From the IMG/VR virus record IMGVR_UViG_3300045988_118775, positions 1 to 37,180 of that record: a DNA stretch of 37,180 nucleotides; one strand, 5' to 3'. The position numbers were made by a program, and so were the translations under genes. A model generated the notes under the pieces. That model made no database searches and was not told the DNA's origin. It worked only from the letters and a program-made list of their open reading frames with translations. Shown here in pieces: positions 25,354 through 35,221 of the stretch. Source of the stretch: a virus. Within the stretch, counting starts at the first letter, position 1, and every line of letters begins with the position of its first letter.

Positions 25354-25785
25354 GTGGCGAAGTTGACAAGAAAACAAGAGCTATTCGCGGTTGAATACGT
25401 ACGCCTTAAGGGCAACGGTACACAGGCGGCCATTGCGGCCGGTTACAGCAAAAAAACAGCCGCGGCAATAGCAAGAGAAAACCTTAGAAAACTATATATA
25501 AAAAATCGTATTGAAGAGCTGACAGAAAAGGCAGACGCGGAGAAAGTCGCCGACGCGAAAGAAGTGCTGCAACTGTTGACGGAAATAGTCCGCGGTGAGA
25601 TGAGCGAAGAGGTCGTCGCGCTGAACCCGCAAGGCGAGGAAAGCCGGACAAATAGAAAGCCGACAATTAAAGACCGGAGTAAAGCGCTTGAAATTCTTTC
25701 TCGGTGTCTTGGAATGACATTGCCCGAGACACAGGTAAACGTTACTCCGGTCATCATCACCGGAGAGGACAAGCTCGATGAATGA
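25354..25785 (+). CDS. terS: terminase small subunit (Terminase_2 / XtmA-like)
   Basis: GTG 25354 is 7 nt after GAAAGGAG. ...KQELFAVEYVRLKGNGTQAAIAAGYSKKTAAAIARENLRK... is the typical terS HTH region. Confidence 0.8.
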   Translation: MAKLTRKQELFAVEYVRLKGNGTQAAIAAGYSKKTAAAIARENLRKLYIKNRIEELTEKADAEKVADAKEVLQLLTEIVRGEMSEEVVALNPQGEESRTNRKPTIKDRSKALEILSRCLGMTLPETQVNVTPVIITGEDKLDE

Positions 25786-27022
25786 GCGGCGCGTTTATCT
25801 TCCGGACGTAGTTGGTAAAGGCTACGGGGCTTTTTGGAAGTGGCGCGGGCGCTATCGGGTAGTCAAGGGCAGCCGTGCCAGCAAAAAATCGAAAACAACG
25901 GCGCTTTGGTACATTTATAACTTGATGAAGCACCCGGCGGCGAATTTGGTTGTTGTCCGGAAAGTCTTTAGAACACTTCAAAATTCGTGTTTTTCCGACT
26001 TATGCTGGGCGATTGACCGTCTGGGCGTTAGTCCGTACTGGAAAGCGACTAAAAGCCCGCTTGAAATCGTCTACATACCGACAGGGCAAAAAATATTATT
26101 CGTCGGGCTCGATGATCCGTTAAAAATAACGTCGTTATCCGTTCCGCGCGGCGTGCTTTGCTGGGCGTGGATAGAAGAGGCTTACGAAGTTACATCAGAA
26201 GAGGCTTTTAACAGGCTAGATGAATCGATCCGCGGACGGTTGCCGAAAGGCCTATTTACACAGTTAACGCTGACCTTTAACCCGTGGAGTAGCCGCCACT
26301 GGCTGAAAAAGCGCTTTTTCGACGAGGAAAGCCCTCAGGTATTGGCGCTTACCACTGATTACCGATGCAATGAGTTTTTGAGCCCGTCGGATTTGGCGCT
26401 ATTTGAGGAAATGAAAAAGAATAAAAAGCGCTACCGGGTGGCGGGGCTCGGTGACTGGGGCATTGTCGAAGGGCTTATTTATGATAACTGGACTGAAAAA
26501 GCCTTTGATATTGACGCGCTGAGAAATCAGGAAGGAATCAACGCGGCGTTCGGGCTTGACTTCGGTTTTACCACCGACCCGGCGGCGCTATGGTGCGGGC
26601 TAGTGGATAAGGGAAAGCGCCTAATATACGTATTTGATGAACTTTACGAAAAAGGGCTGACGAATCAGGAGCTTTACAAGGCGATCGAGGCGCGCGGCTA
26701 CGCGAAAGAACAGATCACAGCGGACAGCGCAGAGCCTAAATCCATCGAGGAGCTGCGCCGGGCGGGATTGACGAGAGTGCGGAAAAGCCGCAAAGGCCCG
26801 GACAGCATCCGGCACGGCATTCAACAGATACAAAACTTTCAAATTATCGTTCACCCGCGCTGCGTGAATACCTTGCGCGAGTTGTCGTTGTACGCGTGGG
26901 CAAAAGATAAATTCGACGATTACACGGGTAAGCCGGAAGATGACAACAACCACTTAATGGACGCTATGCGTTACGCGCTGGCGGGCGCGCTCGGAAAAGA
27001 GCTAGTCGGCTTTGGAGGTTAA
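25778..27022 (+). CDS. terL: terminase large subunit (PBSX/XtmB family)
   Basis: 414 aa. N-terminal ATPase and C-terminal nuclease. Overlaps the terS stop. Confidence 0.85.
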   Translation: MNERRVYLPDVVGKGYGAFWKWRGRYRVVKGSRASKKSKTTALWYIYNLMKHPAANLVVVRKVFRTLQNSCFSDLCWAIDRLGVSPYWKATKSPLEIVYIPTGQKILFVGLDDPLKITSLSVPRGVLCWAWIEEAYEVTSEEAFNRLDESIRGRLPKGLFTQLTLTFNPWSSRHWLKKRFFDEESPQVLALTTDYRCNEFLSPSDLALFEEMKKNKKRYRVAGLGDWGIVEGLIYDNWTEKAFDIDALRNQEGINAAFGLDFGFTTDPAALWCGLVDKGKRLIYVFDELYEKGLTNQELYKAIEARGYAKEQITADSAEPKSIEELRRAGLTRVRKSRKGPDSIRHGIQQIQNFQIIVHPRCVNTLRELSLYAWAKDKFDDYTGKPEDDNNHLMDAMRYALAGALGKELVGFGG

Positions 27023-27023
27023 A

Positions 27024-28511
27024 TTGAGTATTTTAGAAACGTTGCGAAACTTCGGGCGCGGGCAGTCGCTCGTCAGGGAGGAGAAAACGGTGCTTTTCAA
27101 CGACGCAATGACCGAAGTTGAATTTTTAGAGAAAGAGATAAAAGCCTTTTTGACATCGGACAAGCGGCGGCAGATGATCGAGGGCGAAGCCTACTATCAG
27201 GGCGCGCACGATGTCGCGGAAAAAGTCCGCACGGCGATCGGCGAAAACGGGCAGCCGGAGGCAATTCACAATTTACCAAATAACCGGGTGACGTATAACA
27301 CGTACGCGAATTTAGTCGATCAAAAGGCTAACTACCTTTTAGCGAATCCGATTGAGCCGCAGACGGAAGAGGCGGAATTTAAGGAGAAAGTCGCGGCGAT
27401 CCTCGACACGGCTTTTGACAAGCGTATACGGGCGATCGGTGTCGACGCGCTGAATTGCGGTATCGGCTATTTGCTCGTCTACGTTGCCGACGGCGAATTG
27501 AAATATAAGCGGCTTAAACCTTACGAGGTATTGCCATTTTGGAAAGATGAAGAGCACGAAGAGCTGGACGCGTTTATACGTATCTACGGGGTAGAAGAGT
27601 ATAGAGGGCGTGAAAAAAAGACCGTTCAACATGTGGAATATTACACGCTTGACGGCGTTAAATACTTCATCTACACGGACGCTGGCAAACTTGAGCCGGA
27701 TATTACCCGCGAAGATGAAACCTACTTGACGTATAGGAGCGCGGAGGGGGTAAAGGGCTTTAACTGGGCGCGGTTGCCCTTGATAGCGTTTAAGTATAAC
27801 GCCAACGAACAGCCGCTATTGGCGCGCGTGAAGTCGTTGCAGGACGCGTTAAACGACATGATGAGCGGCGTGTTGGATAGAATCCAGGAAGATAGCCGCA
27901 ACACGATTTTAGTCGTTAAAAACTACGACGGCACAAAGGCCGACGAGTTTCGGCACAATCTTTCGCAGTACGGGGTGGTATTTGTCCGGACGGAAGACGG
28001 CGCGGAGGGCGGCGTTGATACGCTCCAGATTGAAGTCAATCCGGGTAATTATGAAATCGTTATCAAGCTATTGAAAAAAGCGATTATCGAATGCGGACGC
28101 GGCTATGACGCAAAAGACGACCGACTCGGCGGCAATGCTAACCAACTGAACATTAAAAGCATGTATAGCGACATTGACCTAGACGCGGACAGCATGCAGC
28201 TTGAATTTTCGGTTTCACTTGATCGGCTTTTATACTTCGTCGGTTTAGTCGCTGATGGCTTCCGCGTCGTTAAACATAAGCCGGTTTTGTGGAAGTTTAA
28301 CCGCGACATCATCATCAACGAGGCGGACACGATCGCCAACGCCCGCGACAGTGTGGGCATTTTGTCCATGCGCACCATTGTCGCCAACCACCCGTGGACG
28401 GTCGACGCGAACGACGAGCTGCGGCAGATCGAAAAAGAAAGATCAGAGGCAATACCCGCCCTTGAAGACTATGCTAAACCGACGGAAACGGGCGAAAATA
28501 CAGAGGAATAG
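27024..28511 (+). CDS. portal protein (SPP1 gp6 family)
   Basis: TTG 27024 is 5 nt after GGAGG. About 495 aa. Acidic C-terminus. Position after terL. Confidence 0.8.
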   Translation: MSILETLRNFGRGQSLVREEKTVLFNDAMTEVEFLEKEIKAFLTSDKRRQMIEGEAYYQGAHDVAEKVRTAIGENGQPEAIHNLPNNRVTYNTYANLVDQKANYLLANPIEPQTEEAEFKEKVAAILDTAFDKRIRAIGVDALNCGIGYLLVYVADGELKYKRLKPYEVLPFWKDEEHEELDAFIRIYGVEEYRGREKKTVQHVEYYTLDGVKYFIYTDAGKLEPDITREDETYLTYRSAEGVKGFNWARLPLIAFKYNANEQPLLARVKSLQDALNDMMSGVLDRIQEDSRNTILVVKNYDGTKADEFRHNLSQYGVVFVRTEDGAEGGVDTLQIEVNPGNYEIVIKLLKKAIIECGRGYDAKDDRLGGNANQLNIKSMYSDIDLDADSMQLEFSVSLDRLLYFVGLVADGFRVVKHKPVLWKFNRDIIINEADTIANARDSVGILSMRTIVANHPWTVDANDELRQIEKERSEAIPALEDYAKPTETGENTEE

Positions 28512-28515
28512 CTAA

Positions 28516-29934
28516 ATGGCTTATAACTACTGGGAAGAGCGTTTCAAGCGACTAAAAACGGCAGAAATGGGAAAGGCTGAACAGGCTAACGCGGATCTTG
28601 CCCGCGTATATCGTGAAACGCTTCGCCAACTTCGGGCAGAGGTCGAGCAGTGGTACGACCGATTTGCGAAAGAAAATAAAATAAGCCTTGCGGAAGCGCG
28701 GCGGATTTTAGACAATCGAGAGCTAAAAGAGTTCAAAATGACGCTGGCGGACTTTATCAAGGAGGCAAAGCGGCTTGACCTTGACCCGGCACATATCCGA
28801 ATGTTAGAGAACGCGTCTATGCGCGTGAGATTGACGAGATCACAAGAGATTTACTTAAAAACGGCTCAATACGTCGAAAAACTGGCAAAATCGCACGGCT
28901 GGCAACTTAGCGGCCTAATGCGTGAAGTTTACACGGATAGCGTCTATAAAACGGCGTACGAGACGCAGAAGGTAACGGGTTTTGAAAACTTTCGAGCGGT
29001 ACGGGAGCGGCAAATTGAGGCGGCGATCTCGAAACCGTGGGCGCCCGATGGAGCGGACTTTTCGTCGCGGATCTGGAAAAACAAAACGCAGCTAATAAAT
29101 TCACTACAAACGGACATCACGCAGTCGCTGATGACCGGATCAAGCACGGCGCAGTTATCGGAAAAGATCGCGGCGCGGTTCAATACTTCTTATAATCAAG
29201 CTTACCGGCTCGTCGAAACGGAAACGGCGTACATACAAGAGCGGGCAATGCTCGATACGTACGATGAGCTCGGGCTGGAGCAATACCAGATCTGCGCGGT
29301 TTTGGACAGCAAAACAAGCGAAATATGCCAAGATCTCGACGGAAAGGTATTTGACCGGAAAGACGCAAAGCCGGGAATAACAATGCCGCCTTTTCATTGT
29401 CATTGCCGATCAACGACCGTACCGTACATTGAGGGCTTGCTCGATGACGGCGGCAGAGTAGCGCGAGATCCGGAGACGGGCAAGACGGTCGAGATACCGG
29501 ACATGACCTATAAGGAGTGGAAAGAGAAATATGTAGTTAAAATTGATGGAAATGAAGAGTATAATGTAATTAGGGAGATAAAAGGCAGACCGAATAAGTA
29601 CGCCGTAGATAAAATATCGAGCGGCGCATATGGGGCAAAAATTAACGAAGAAAAGCAAAAACCGCATATGGAATCGACAGCAGGGAAAGGAAAGAGTTAT
29701 TTGTTTGATACCGTAGACCCGCAGGAACTGTTTAATAAATATGCGGGAACGGGGACAATAGTAAAAACACGTAATGGAAATAACACAAATAAAGAAGAAT
29801 GCGTTGCCAATAAATACATAGGAATAGATGTTTCCAGTGGATTAAAGACAAGAAAGTTTAAGATTCATCATTCAAAAAGTAGAACGCATATTGTACCCAA
29901 GAGGGAGAGGGAAAATGGTAGAGATAAAAAATAA
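28516..29934 (+). CDS. head morphogenesis protein (MuF / SPP1 gp7 family) with about 150-aa low-GC basic C-terminal extension (candidate toxin domain)
   Basis: MuF core ends near ...MPPFHCHCRSTTVPYI. From about residue 310 the coding DNA turns AT-rich and encodes a K-rich domain (...KGKSYLFDTVDPQELFNKYAGTGTIVKTRNGNN...KIHHSKSRTHIVPKRE). Confidence 0.8.
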   Translation: MAYNYWEERFKRLKTAEMGKAEQANADLARVYRETLRQLRAEVEQWYDRFAKENKISLAEARRILDNRELKEFKMTLADFIKEAKRLDLDPAHIRMLENASMRVRLTRSQEIYLKTAQYVEKLAKSHGWQLSGLMREVYTDSVYKTAYETQKVTGFENFRAVRERQIEAAISKPWAPDGADFSSRIWKNKTQLINSLQTDITQSLMTGSSTAQLSEKIAARFNTSYNQAYRLVETETAYIQERAMLDTYDELGLEQYQICAVLDSKTSEICQDLDGKVFDRKDAKPGITMPPFHCHCRSTTVPYIEGLLDDGGRVARDPETGKTVEIPDMTYKEWKEKYVVKIDGNEEYNVIREIKGRPNKYAVDKISSGAYGAKINEEKQKPHMESTAGKGKSYLFDTVDPQELFNKYAGTGTIVKTRNGNNTNKEECVANKYIGIDVSSGLKTRKFKIHHSKSRTHIVPKRERENGRDKK

Positions 29935-30121
29935 GTGGTTTGGAAAGAAAGTAAGAATTATTGATATAGATAGCAAAGAATTTATCGGAATTGTAGATGG
30001 AATTACTGGGGCGGCAGATAACGACGAAACCGGAAGAGATTCATTGGATTTAGACGACGGTAAAAACATAATTTTCTTTAGCGATAATGAGATAGCAAGC
30101 GTTGAGATTATAGAAGAATAA
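29915..30121 (+). CDS. small acidic protein overlapping the MuF gene end; candidate immunity protein
   Basis: Track ORF 29891..30121. Start ATG 29915 after GGGAGAGGG. 68 aa, acidic (DNDETGRDSLDLDD...EIIEE). Low GC like the MuF C-terminal extension. Followed by two terminators. Confidence 0.5.
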   Translation: MVEIKNKWFGKKVRIIDIDSKEFIGIVDGITGAADNDETGRDSLDLDDGKNIIFFSDNEIASVEIIEE

Positions 30122-30148
30122 AACCACGGTATAAAAGCCGTGGTTTTT
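30120..30148 (+). terminator. intrinsic terminator (aaccacgg-tataaaag-ccgtggtt + T6)
   Basis: Perfect 8-bp stem directly after the stop codon. Confidence 0.75.
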
Positions 30149-30167
30149 TAGTGAGATTTTAGGTAAT

Positions 30168-30193
30168 AAGCACTCGCAAGGGTGCTTTTTATA
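30168..30193 (+). terminator. second intrinsic terminator (aagcac-tcgcaagg-gtgctt + T5)
   Basis: Stem-loop + T-run 20 nt after the first. Confidence 0.55.
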
Positions 30194-30283
30194 TTGCCTT
30201 TTTAGCATTGTAGGCGTAAAAGAACAAGACCGGAAACGGCGGGAGTGGCCGCCGAATAACAAGCGAAACGGGAGGAGTTAATT

Positions 30284-30829
30284 ATGACCAAAGAAGAATT
30301 GAAAGCGCTCGGCTTGAACGATGAGCAAGCCGAAAAGATCGTTGAGGACTACGGCAAAAATTTTGTTGCCAAGTCGCAATTCAACGCAAAAAATGACGAG
30401 TTAAAAGCATTAAAGGCAGAACGGCAGACGGCACAGGCTGAATTGGACAAATTGAAAGCCGATAACGCCAATAATGCGGATCTCGTCAAACAATTAGACG
30501 AGTTGAAGGCGGCACAAGCGAAGAGAGAGAAAGAGTACGCGGCGCAAGTGGAACAGATGAAACTTGACGCGGCGGTGGATCGGTCGCTCGTGGCGGCAAA
30601 AGTGAAAAACGCAAAAGCCGTGCGTGCCCTCTTAGATATGGGCGCGGTAAAACTCGACGGCGAAACGATTAGCGGATTAGAGGAGCAGATCGAGGCGCTA
30701 AAAACTTCTGACGGCTATTTGTTTGAGGAGGACGCGCAGATCACGGGAATTATCCCGCAAAGCGGCGCAGATCCGGCACCGAAAAACAGCATTGAACAAA
30801 TTATTGACGGCGCAATCGCCAACATTTGA
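30284..30829 (+). CDS. scaffolding protein (coiled-coil, GP20-like)
   Basis: 181 aa, highly alpha-helical, Ala/Lys/Glu-rich. RBS GGGAGGAG. Precedes the capsid gene. Confidence 0.75.
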   Translation: MTKEELKALGLNDEQAEKIVEDYGKNFVAKSQFNAKNDELKALKAERQTAQAELDKLKADNANNADLVKQLDELKAAQAKREKEYAAQVEQMKLDAAVDRSLVAAKVKNAKAVRALLDMGAVKLDGETISGLEEQIEALKTSDGYLFEEDAQITGIIPQSGADPAPKNSIEQIIDGAIANI

Positions 30830-30844
30830 AAGGGGTAAAACAGA

Positions 30845-31765
30845 ATGAAACCTAACACACTTGAATTTGTTTCGATTTTTCAACAGAAATTAGACCAAAA
30901 AATGATGCAGGACGCGACGAGCGGCTGGATGGAAGCAAACGCAACGCAGGTTAAATATACCGGCGGCGACACGGTAAAAATGCCGACAATCGAGCTCGAC
31001 GGCTTGGCGGACTATGACCGAGTAGGCGGTTACACGGCGGGCAGCGTTAGCCTGAAATTTGAAGATTACAAGCTGACGCAGGATCGCGGGCGCGCGTTTC
31101 AACTGGATATCCGCGACGTCGACGAAACGGGCTTTATCGCAAGCGCGGCGAACGTTGTCGCTACTTTCCAAAAAGAGCACGTCGTGCCGGAAGTCGACGC
31201 TTACCGCTATTCCAAAATTGCCGCCTTAGCAAAAGCGGCAGGAAACGAAACGGCAGCATTCACTCCGACGGCGGAGAACGTTCTCGAACAGCTCGACAAA
31301 GACATCGCGGCCGTTCAAGACGTGGTCGGCGATAGCATGCAATTCGTAATCGCGATGCCGATGTCGACGCGCGCGATTTTGAGCAAGGCTAGCGGCGTAC
31401 AGCATATGCTCGATGTCGGCGACTTCAAAGCGGGCGAATTTAATAACCGCGTGAAACTGTATAACGGAATCCCGATTATCACGGTACCGTCGGCACGCAT
31501 GCAGACGGCGTACAAGTTCAATGACGGCGTAACGAGCGGCCAAGAAAAAGGCGGCTTTGGAAAAGATAGCACGGCGAAAGCGATCAACTGGATCATCATG
31601 TTACAAAGCGCGCCGATTGCGGTTTCCAAAACGGACACGCTCCGCATTTTCGATCCTATGACCAACCAACTCGCGACGGCTTGGCGGATTGATTATCGCA
31701 AGTTCCATGACGTATGGGTACCGAAACATCGCCTCGCGGGCGTTTGGGTGAACACCGGAGCATAA
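30845..31765 (+). CDS. major capsid protein
   Basis: 306 aa immediately after the scaffold. RBS AAAGGGG. Sequence resembles the SPP1 gp13-like capsid family as recalled. Confidence 0.75.
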   Translation: MKPNTLEFVSIFQQKLDQKMMQDATSGWMEANATQVKYTGGDTVKMPTIELDGLADYDRVGGYTAGSVSLKFEDYKLTQDRGRAFQLDIRDVDETGFIASAANVVATFQKEHVVPEVDAYRYSKIAALAKAAGNETAAFTPTAENVLEQLDKDIAAVQDVVGDSMQFVIAMPMSTRAILSKASGVQHMLDVGDFKAGEFNNRVKLYNGIPIITVPSARMQTAYKFNDGVTSGQEKGGFGKDSTAKAINWIIMLQSAPIAVSKTDTLRIFDPMTNQLATAWRIDYRKFHDVWVPKHRLAGVWVNTGA

Positions 31766-31790
31766 GGGTTTAGAGGGGGTGGAGTTGAAC

Positions 31791-31928
31791 ATGTATAAAT
31801 TACAAAACTTGAACGTGATCAAAGTAGTAGAAACGAAAAGCGCGCGCGATTATTTGCTGGCGCGGGGCTATGTTGAAATCGCCGCCCCCGCACCTAAACC
31901 GGCAGCGCGTAAAAAGGCTGAAAAATGA
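31791..31928 (+). CDS. small hypothetical protein (45 aa; not in ORF track)
   Basis: ATG after GAGGGGGTGGAG. Stop overlaps the next start (ATGA). Confidence 0.3.
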   Translation: MYKLQNLNVIKVVETKSARDYLLARGYVEIAAPAPKPAARKKAEK

Positions 31929-32302
31929 CCTTTTTAGAGGCGTTGGGGCTTGTCGTTAAGGAAATGACCGGGAAAGGCGTTCCGGAGAGCGATTTTAACT
32001 TGATCCGGCTTTTAGCCGATGACGCAAAAACGCACTTGATGAGCGCGACGAACCGGTCAAGCGTTCCGGTCGGGCTTCAATACGTATGGGTAAATCAGAC
32101 GGCGGGGCGCTACATCAACATGAAATTATCGGCGAAAGCGTGGAGCGCGCAGGATTTACGCGTACCGAAAACGATCAAAGAGGGCGACACGACGGTCGAC
32201 TTTGGCGATGGCGAGGCGGACGCAAAAGCGCGCGTCGGCGCAATGCTCGATTATCTGATGAAAGATCGTGATATAGCATGCTACCGACGGCTGAAATGGT
32301 AA
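31925..32302 (+). CDS. head-tail connector protein (gp6/gp15-like)
   Basis: 125 aa. Position after the capsid. Confidence 0.5.
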   Translation: MTFLEALGLVVKEMTGKGVPESDFNLIRLLADDAKTHLMSATNRSSVPVGLQYVWVNQTAGRYINMKLSAKAWSAQDLRVPKTIKEGDTTVDFGDGEADAKARVGAMLDYLMKDRDIACYRRLKW

Positions 32303-32652
32303 GAGCGGCGATTGAAAGCCTATACGACGGCGTGGCTACTGCAAAAGTGCTTGAAACGGCGAAAATTGACACCAAAACGGGGCGACCGACAACAACGGAG
32401 AGAACGATAGCCCCGTTCCCGTGTCGGCTTTCCTATGGGCAATTACCGACGACGGATAGAGCGACGGGGGTGGCGGAGATGGCGCAGACGGTAAAACTGT
32501 TTTGCGCGCCTGAGCTTGTGATTCCCGCCGGCTCGGATATCGAGGTTAAACATCGCGGACGCGTGCTGACGTTTCGGGCGTCGGGCGTTCCGGCGATTTA
32601 CGACAGTCATCAGGAGATCCCGCTTGAGCATAAGGAGCGCCACCATGGCTGA
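32278..32652 (+). CDS. head closure / head-tail adaptor protein
   Basis: 124 aa. Overlaps the upstream gene. Conserved order. Confidence 0.5.
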   Translation: MLPTAEMVRAAIESLYDGVATAKVLETAKIDTKTGRPTTTERTIAPFPCRLSYGQLPTTDRATGVAEMAQTVKLFCAPELVIPAGSDIEVKHRGRVLTFRASGVPAIYDSHQEIPLEHKERHHG

Positions 32653-33232
32653 CGTTAAGTTGAACATTGACCAATGGAAACAGTTTGCGGAGGCGGTCGC
32701 AGTGTCAACCGATCAAAAACGGATTGACGAGGCTAAATCAAACGCGTTGCGGCAAATGGCGGCGGCGTATTTGCGGGCGGCGATCAAAAAAACACCAAAA
32801 GGACTGGGCGGCACGGTTGAAATCGGCGGCGAAAAGAAACGTCTGAAAAAAGTCGACAAAGGCAAGACGTGGAAAGCCGGCGAAGTTGATGAGCGTTACG
32901 TTTCACTTGGCGAAGGCGATAAAAAACGAGTGATACATATCAACTCGGAGCACATGATGAGGTCATGGGACGCGGGCAAGATTGAAAAGACATCACGCGC
33001 GCACCGGATCGCGATCACCAACTCCGCGTCGTATGCTTCTTTCGTGAATGACGGGCACAGGCAAACGCCCGGGCGGTTTATCCCGATTATCGGCAAAAAG
33101 CTTGTGAGTAATTTCGTTGAGGGCAAACACATCACAGAAATTGCGCAAGCCTACACCGAAAGCAAAGCGGGCGGAATTATCCGGCGGCAAACGTCGGAAT
33201 TATTGAAAGGATTGAAAAATGGCGGGAAATAG
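32645..33232 (+). CDS. HK97 gp10-family tail-component protein
   Basis: Track ORF 32624..33232. Likely start ATG 32645 (ATGGCTGA overlap). Confidence 0.5.
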   Translation: MADVKLNIDQWKQFAEAVAVSTDQKRIDEAKSNALRQMAAAYLRAAIKKTPKGLGGTVEIGGEKKRLKKVDKGKTWKAGEVDERYVSLGEGDKKRVIHINSEHMMRSWDAGKIEKTSRAHRIAITNSASYASFVNDGHRQTPGRFIPIIGKKLVSNFVEGKHITEIAQAYTESKAGGIIRRQTSELLKGLKNGGK

Positions 33233-33668
33233 AGATTTAATCGACGGAGTATCGGCGGCATTGTATAACGCGTTCGGCGTTCCCGTGTATGCTGATTTTC
33301 AAAGACAAAACGCTATTTTCCCGTGCTTTTTCATCGAAAGGATCACGCACGGCGAAGAGCAGGAGCTCGACCGTCGCTATTGGCGAACGAATCACTTCGA
33401 CATTCACTATTTCGCAACGCGCGACGGGGTGGATATCGACACGCTGGAGCTGACCGACATAGCGGATACGATGACGCTCGTACTGGAGTATATCGACGTA
33501 GGCGGCGCATTAGTACGTGGCGAGCGTATGGAATGGCGGGAGACAGATGGGGTGCTGCACTTTTACATTTCATACGATTTTCACATCATGCGGCCGCGCG
33601 AACGGGTCGAGGAAATGCAAACACTAGATGCGAAAGGGCGGGTGAACGATGGCAACGAAAAAAGCTAA
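33219..33668 (+). CDS. tail completion protein (XkdH/I-like position)
   Basis: 149 aa. Overlapping start. Confidence 0.45.
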   Translation: MAGNRDLIDGVSAALYNAFGVPVYADFQRQNAIFPCFFIERITHGEEQELDRRYWRTNHFDIHYFATRDGVDIDTLELTDIADTMTLVLEYIDVGGALVRGERMEWRETDGVLHFYISYDFHIMRPRERVEEMQTLDAKGRVNDGNEKS

Positions 33669-33849
33669 AGACGCGGAAATGTTTATCGGCGCAGACATTC
33701 TAAAGTCGGCGCGGTGGCGTGAGTTCCGCGACCTTTTGACTATGGTATTAAAAGACGATGAATTTTACACGGCGGACGAGGTAGATCGGAAATTGAATGA
33801 ACTGCTTAATGCGTCTGTCCGGAAAGATATTAATAAGGGGGTCGAGTAA
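33649..33849 (+). CDS. small hypothetical structural-module protein
   Basis: 66 aa. Overlaps the upstream stop. Directly precedes the sheath gene. Confidence 0.4.
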   Translation: MATKKAKDAEMFIGADILKSARWREFRDLLTMVLKDDEFYTADEVDRKLNELLNASVRKDINKGVE

Positions 33850-35205
33850 ATGGCACTTGGCGGCGGAAAGTGGATCTTTCAGAATAAAAAAATGCCCGGA
33901 ACTTACATCAATTTTGTAAGTAAGGATCGGGCTATGACCGACATCGCCGATCGCGGCTTTGCGGCGTTAGCGCTTGAGCTGGATTGGGGCAAAGTCGGCG
34001 AAATTTTTCGGGTAGATGCGGAGGACTTTCAAAAGCGCTCGCTCGAGATTTTCGGTTATGACTTCGGCGATCCGAAAATGAAAGGGTTGCGCGAACTGTT
34101 TCGCAACCTTAAAACGGGTTACTTCTACCGTCTTAACGGCGGCGGGGTGGCAGCAAAAAACAGTTTAGCGACGGCGAAATACGCGGGCACGCGCGGAAAT
34201 GATTTAGTTATCGCGGTACAAAACGATCCGGATCACTCCGGTAATTTCATCGTTAAAACGCTGATCAAGTCGGGTGGCGGCTTGCGTACTGTTGATGAAC
34301 AAACGAACATTGCCGGATTTAAGGATTTGAAAGAAAACGCCTATGTCACGTTCGCGAAAACCGGCACATTGTCGGTAACAGCGGGCGAAGCATTGGCGGG
34401 CGGCACGGCGGGCGACGCAGTAACCGTCGGCGATTATCAAAAGTTTGTAGGGCTTATCGAACCCTACTATTTCAACATTTTAGCTTACGCGGGCGCCGAT
34501 GAAGCGGTTAAAACGTTACTTGTAAACTTCACGAAACGTTGCCGCGAAGAGACGGGCGCGAAGTTCCAGCTCGTCGTTCACGGCTTGGAACGCGCCAACT
34601 ATGAGGGCGTTATTTCCGTTAAAAACGACGTAAAAGACGAAGGCGCGGAAAAGGGTTCGCTCGTTTACTGGCTCGCCGGTAAAGAGGCATCGTGCCCGAT
34701 TAACGCGTCCTGCACTAATGCACTGTATGACGGCGAATATACGGTTGATACGGCGCTTAAACAATTTGAGCTCGAAAAAGCGATTACCGACGGCATGCTG
34801 ACGTTCCACAACGTAACGGACAGCGTTAGTGGCAATGTTGTTGGCGACGTTCGGGTACTTTCCGACATCAACACATTTACCGAATTTACGAAAGATAAAA
34901 ACCGTGATTTCGCGCTTAATCAAACTGTCCGCGTACTGGATAACGCGGCGCTTGATATTGCCCGACTTTTTAATCGGTTGTATTTAGGCAAAGTGCAAAA
35001 TGACGAATCCGGTCGCATTTCTCTTTGGAAAGACGGCGTCGCGCTTTTTGAAGAGTATCAACGCGTGCGCGCAATTCAAAACTTCCGTGAGCAGGACTTG
35101 CCGATCCCCACTCAGGGCGAAGAAAAAACGGCCGTTTTATGGACTTTTGAGATCCAGCCGACGGCATGCATGGAAAAACTGTATTGTACCGTTGTCGTGG
35201 CATAA
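33850..35205 (+). CDS. contractile tail sheath protein (XkdK-like)
   Basis: 451 aa. RBS AAGGGGG. Followed by tube and chaperone genes in PBSX order. Confidence 0.8.
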   Translation: MALGGGKWIFQNKKMPGTYINFVSKDRAMTDIADRGFAALALELDWGKVGEIFRVDAEDFQKRSLEIFGYDFGDPKMKGLRELFRNLKTGYFYRLNGGGVAAKNSLATAKYAGTRGNDLVIAVQNDPDHSGNFIVKTLIKSGGGLRTVDEQTNIAGFKDLKENAYVTFAKTGTLSVTAGEALAGGTAGDAVTVGDYQKFVGLIEPYYFNILAYAGADEAVKTLLVNFTKRCREETGAKFQLVVHGLERANYEGVISVKNDVKDEGAEKGSLVYWLAGKEASCPINASCTNALYDGEYTVDTALKQFELEKAITDGMLTFHNVTDSVSGNVVGDVRVLSDINTFTEFTKDKNRDFALNQTVRVLDNAALDIARLFNRLYLGKVQNDESGRISLWKDGVALFEEYQRVRAIQNFREQDLPIPTQGEEKTAVLWTFEIQPTACMEKLYCTVVVA

Positions 35206-35221
35206 AGGGGTGATTTAGAAC

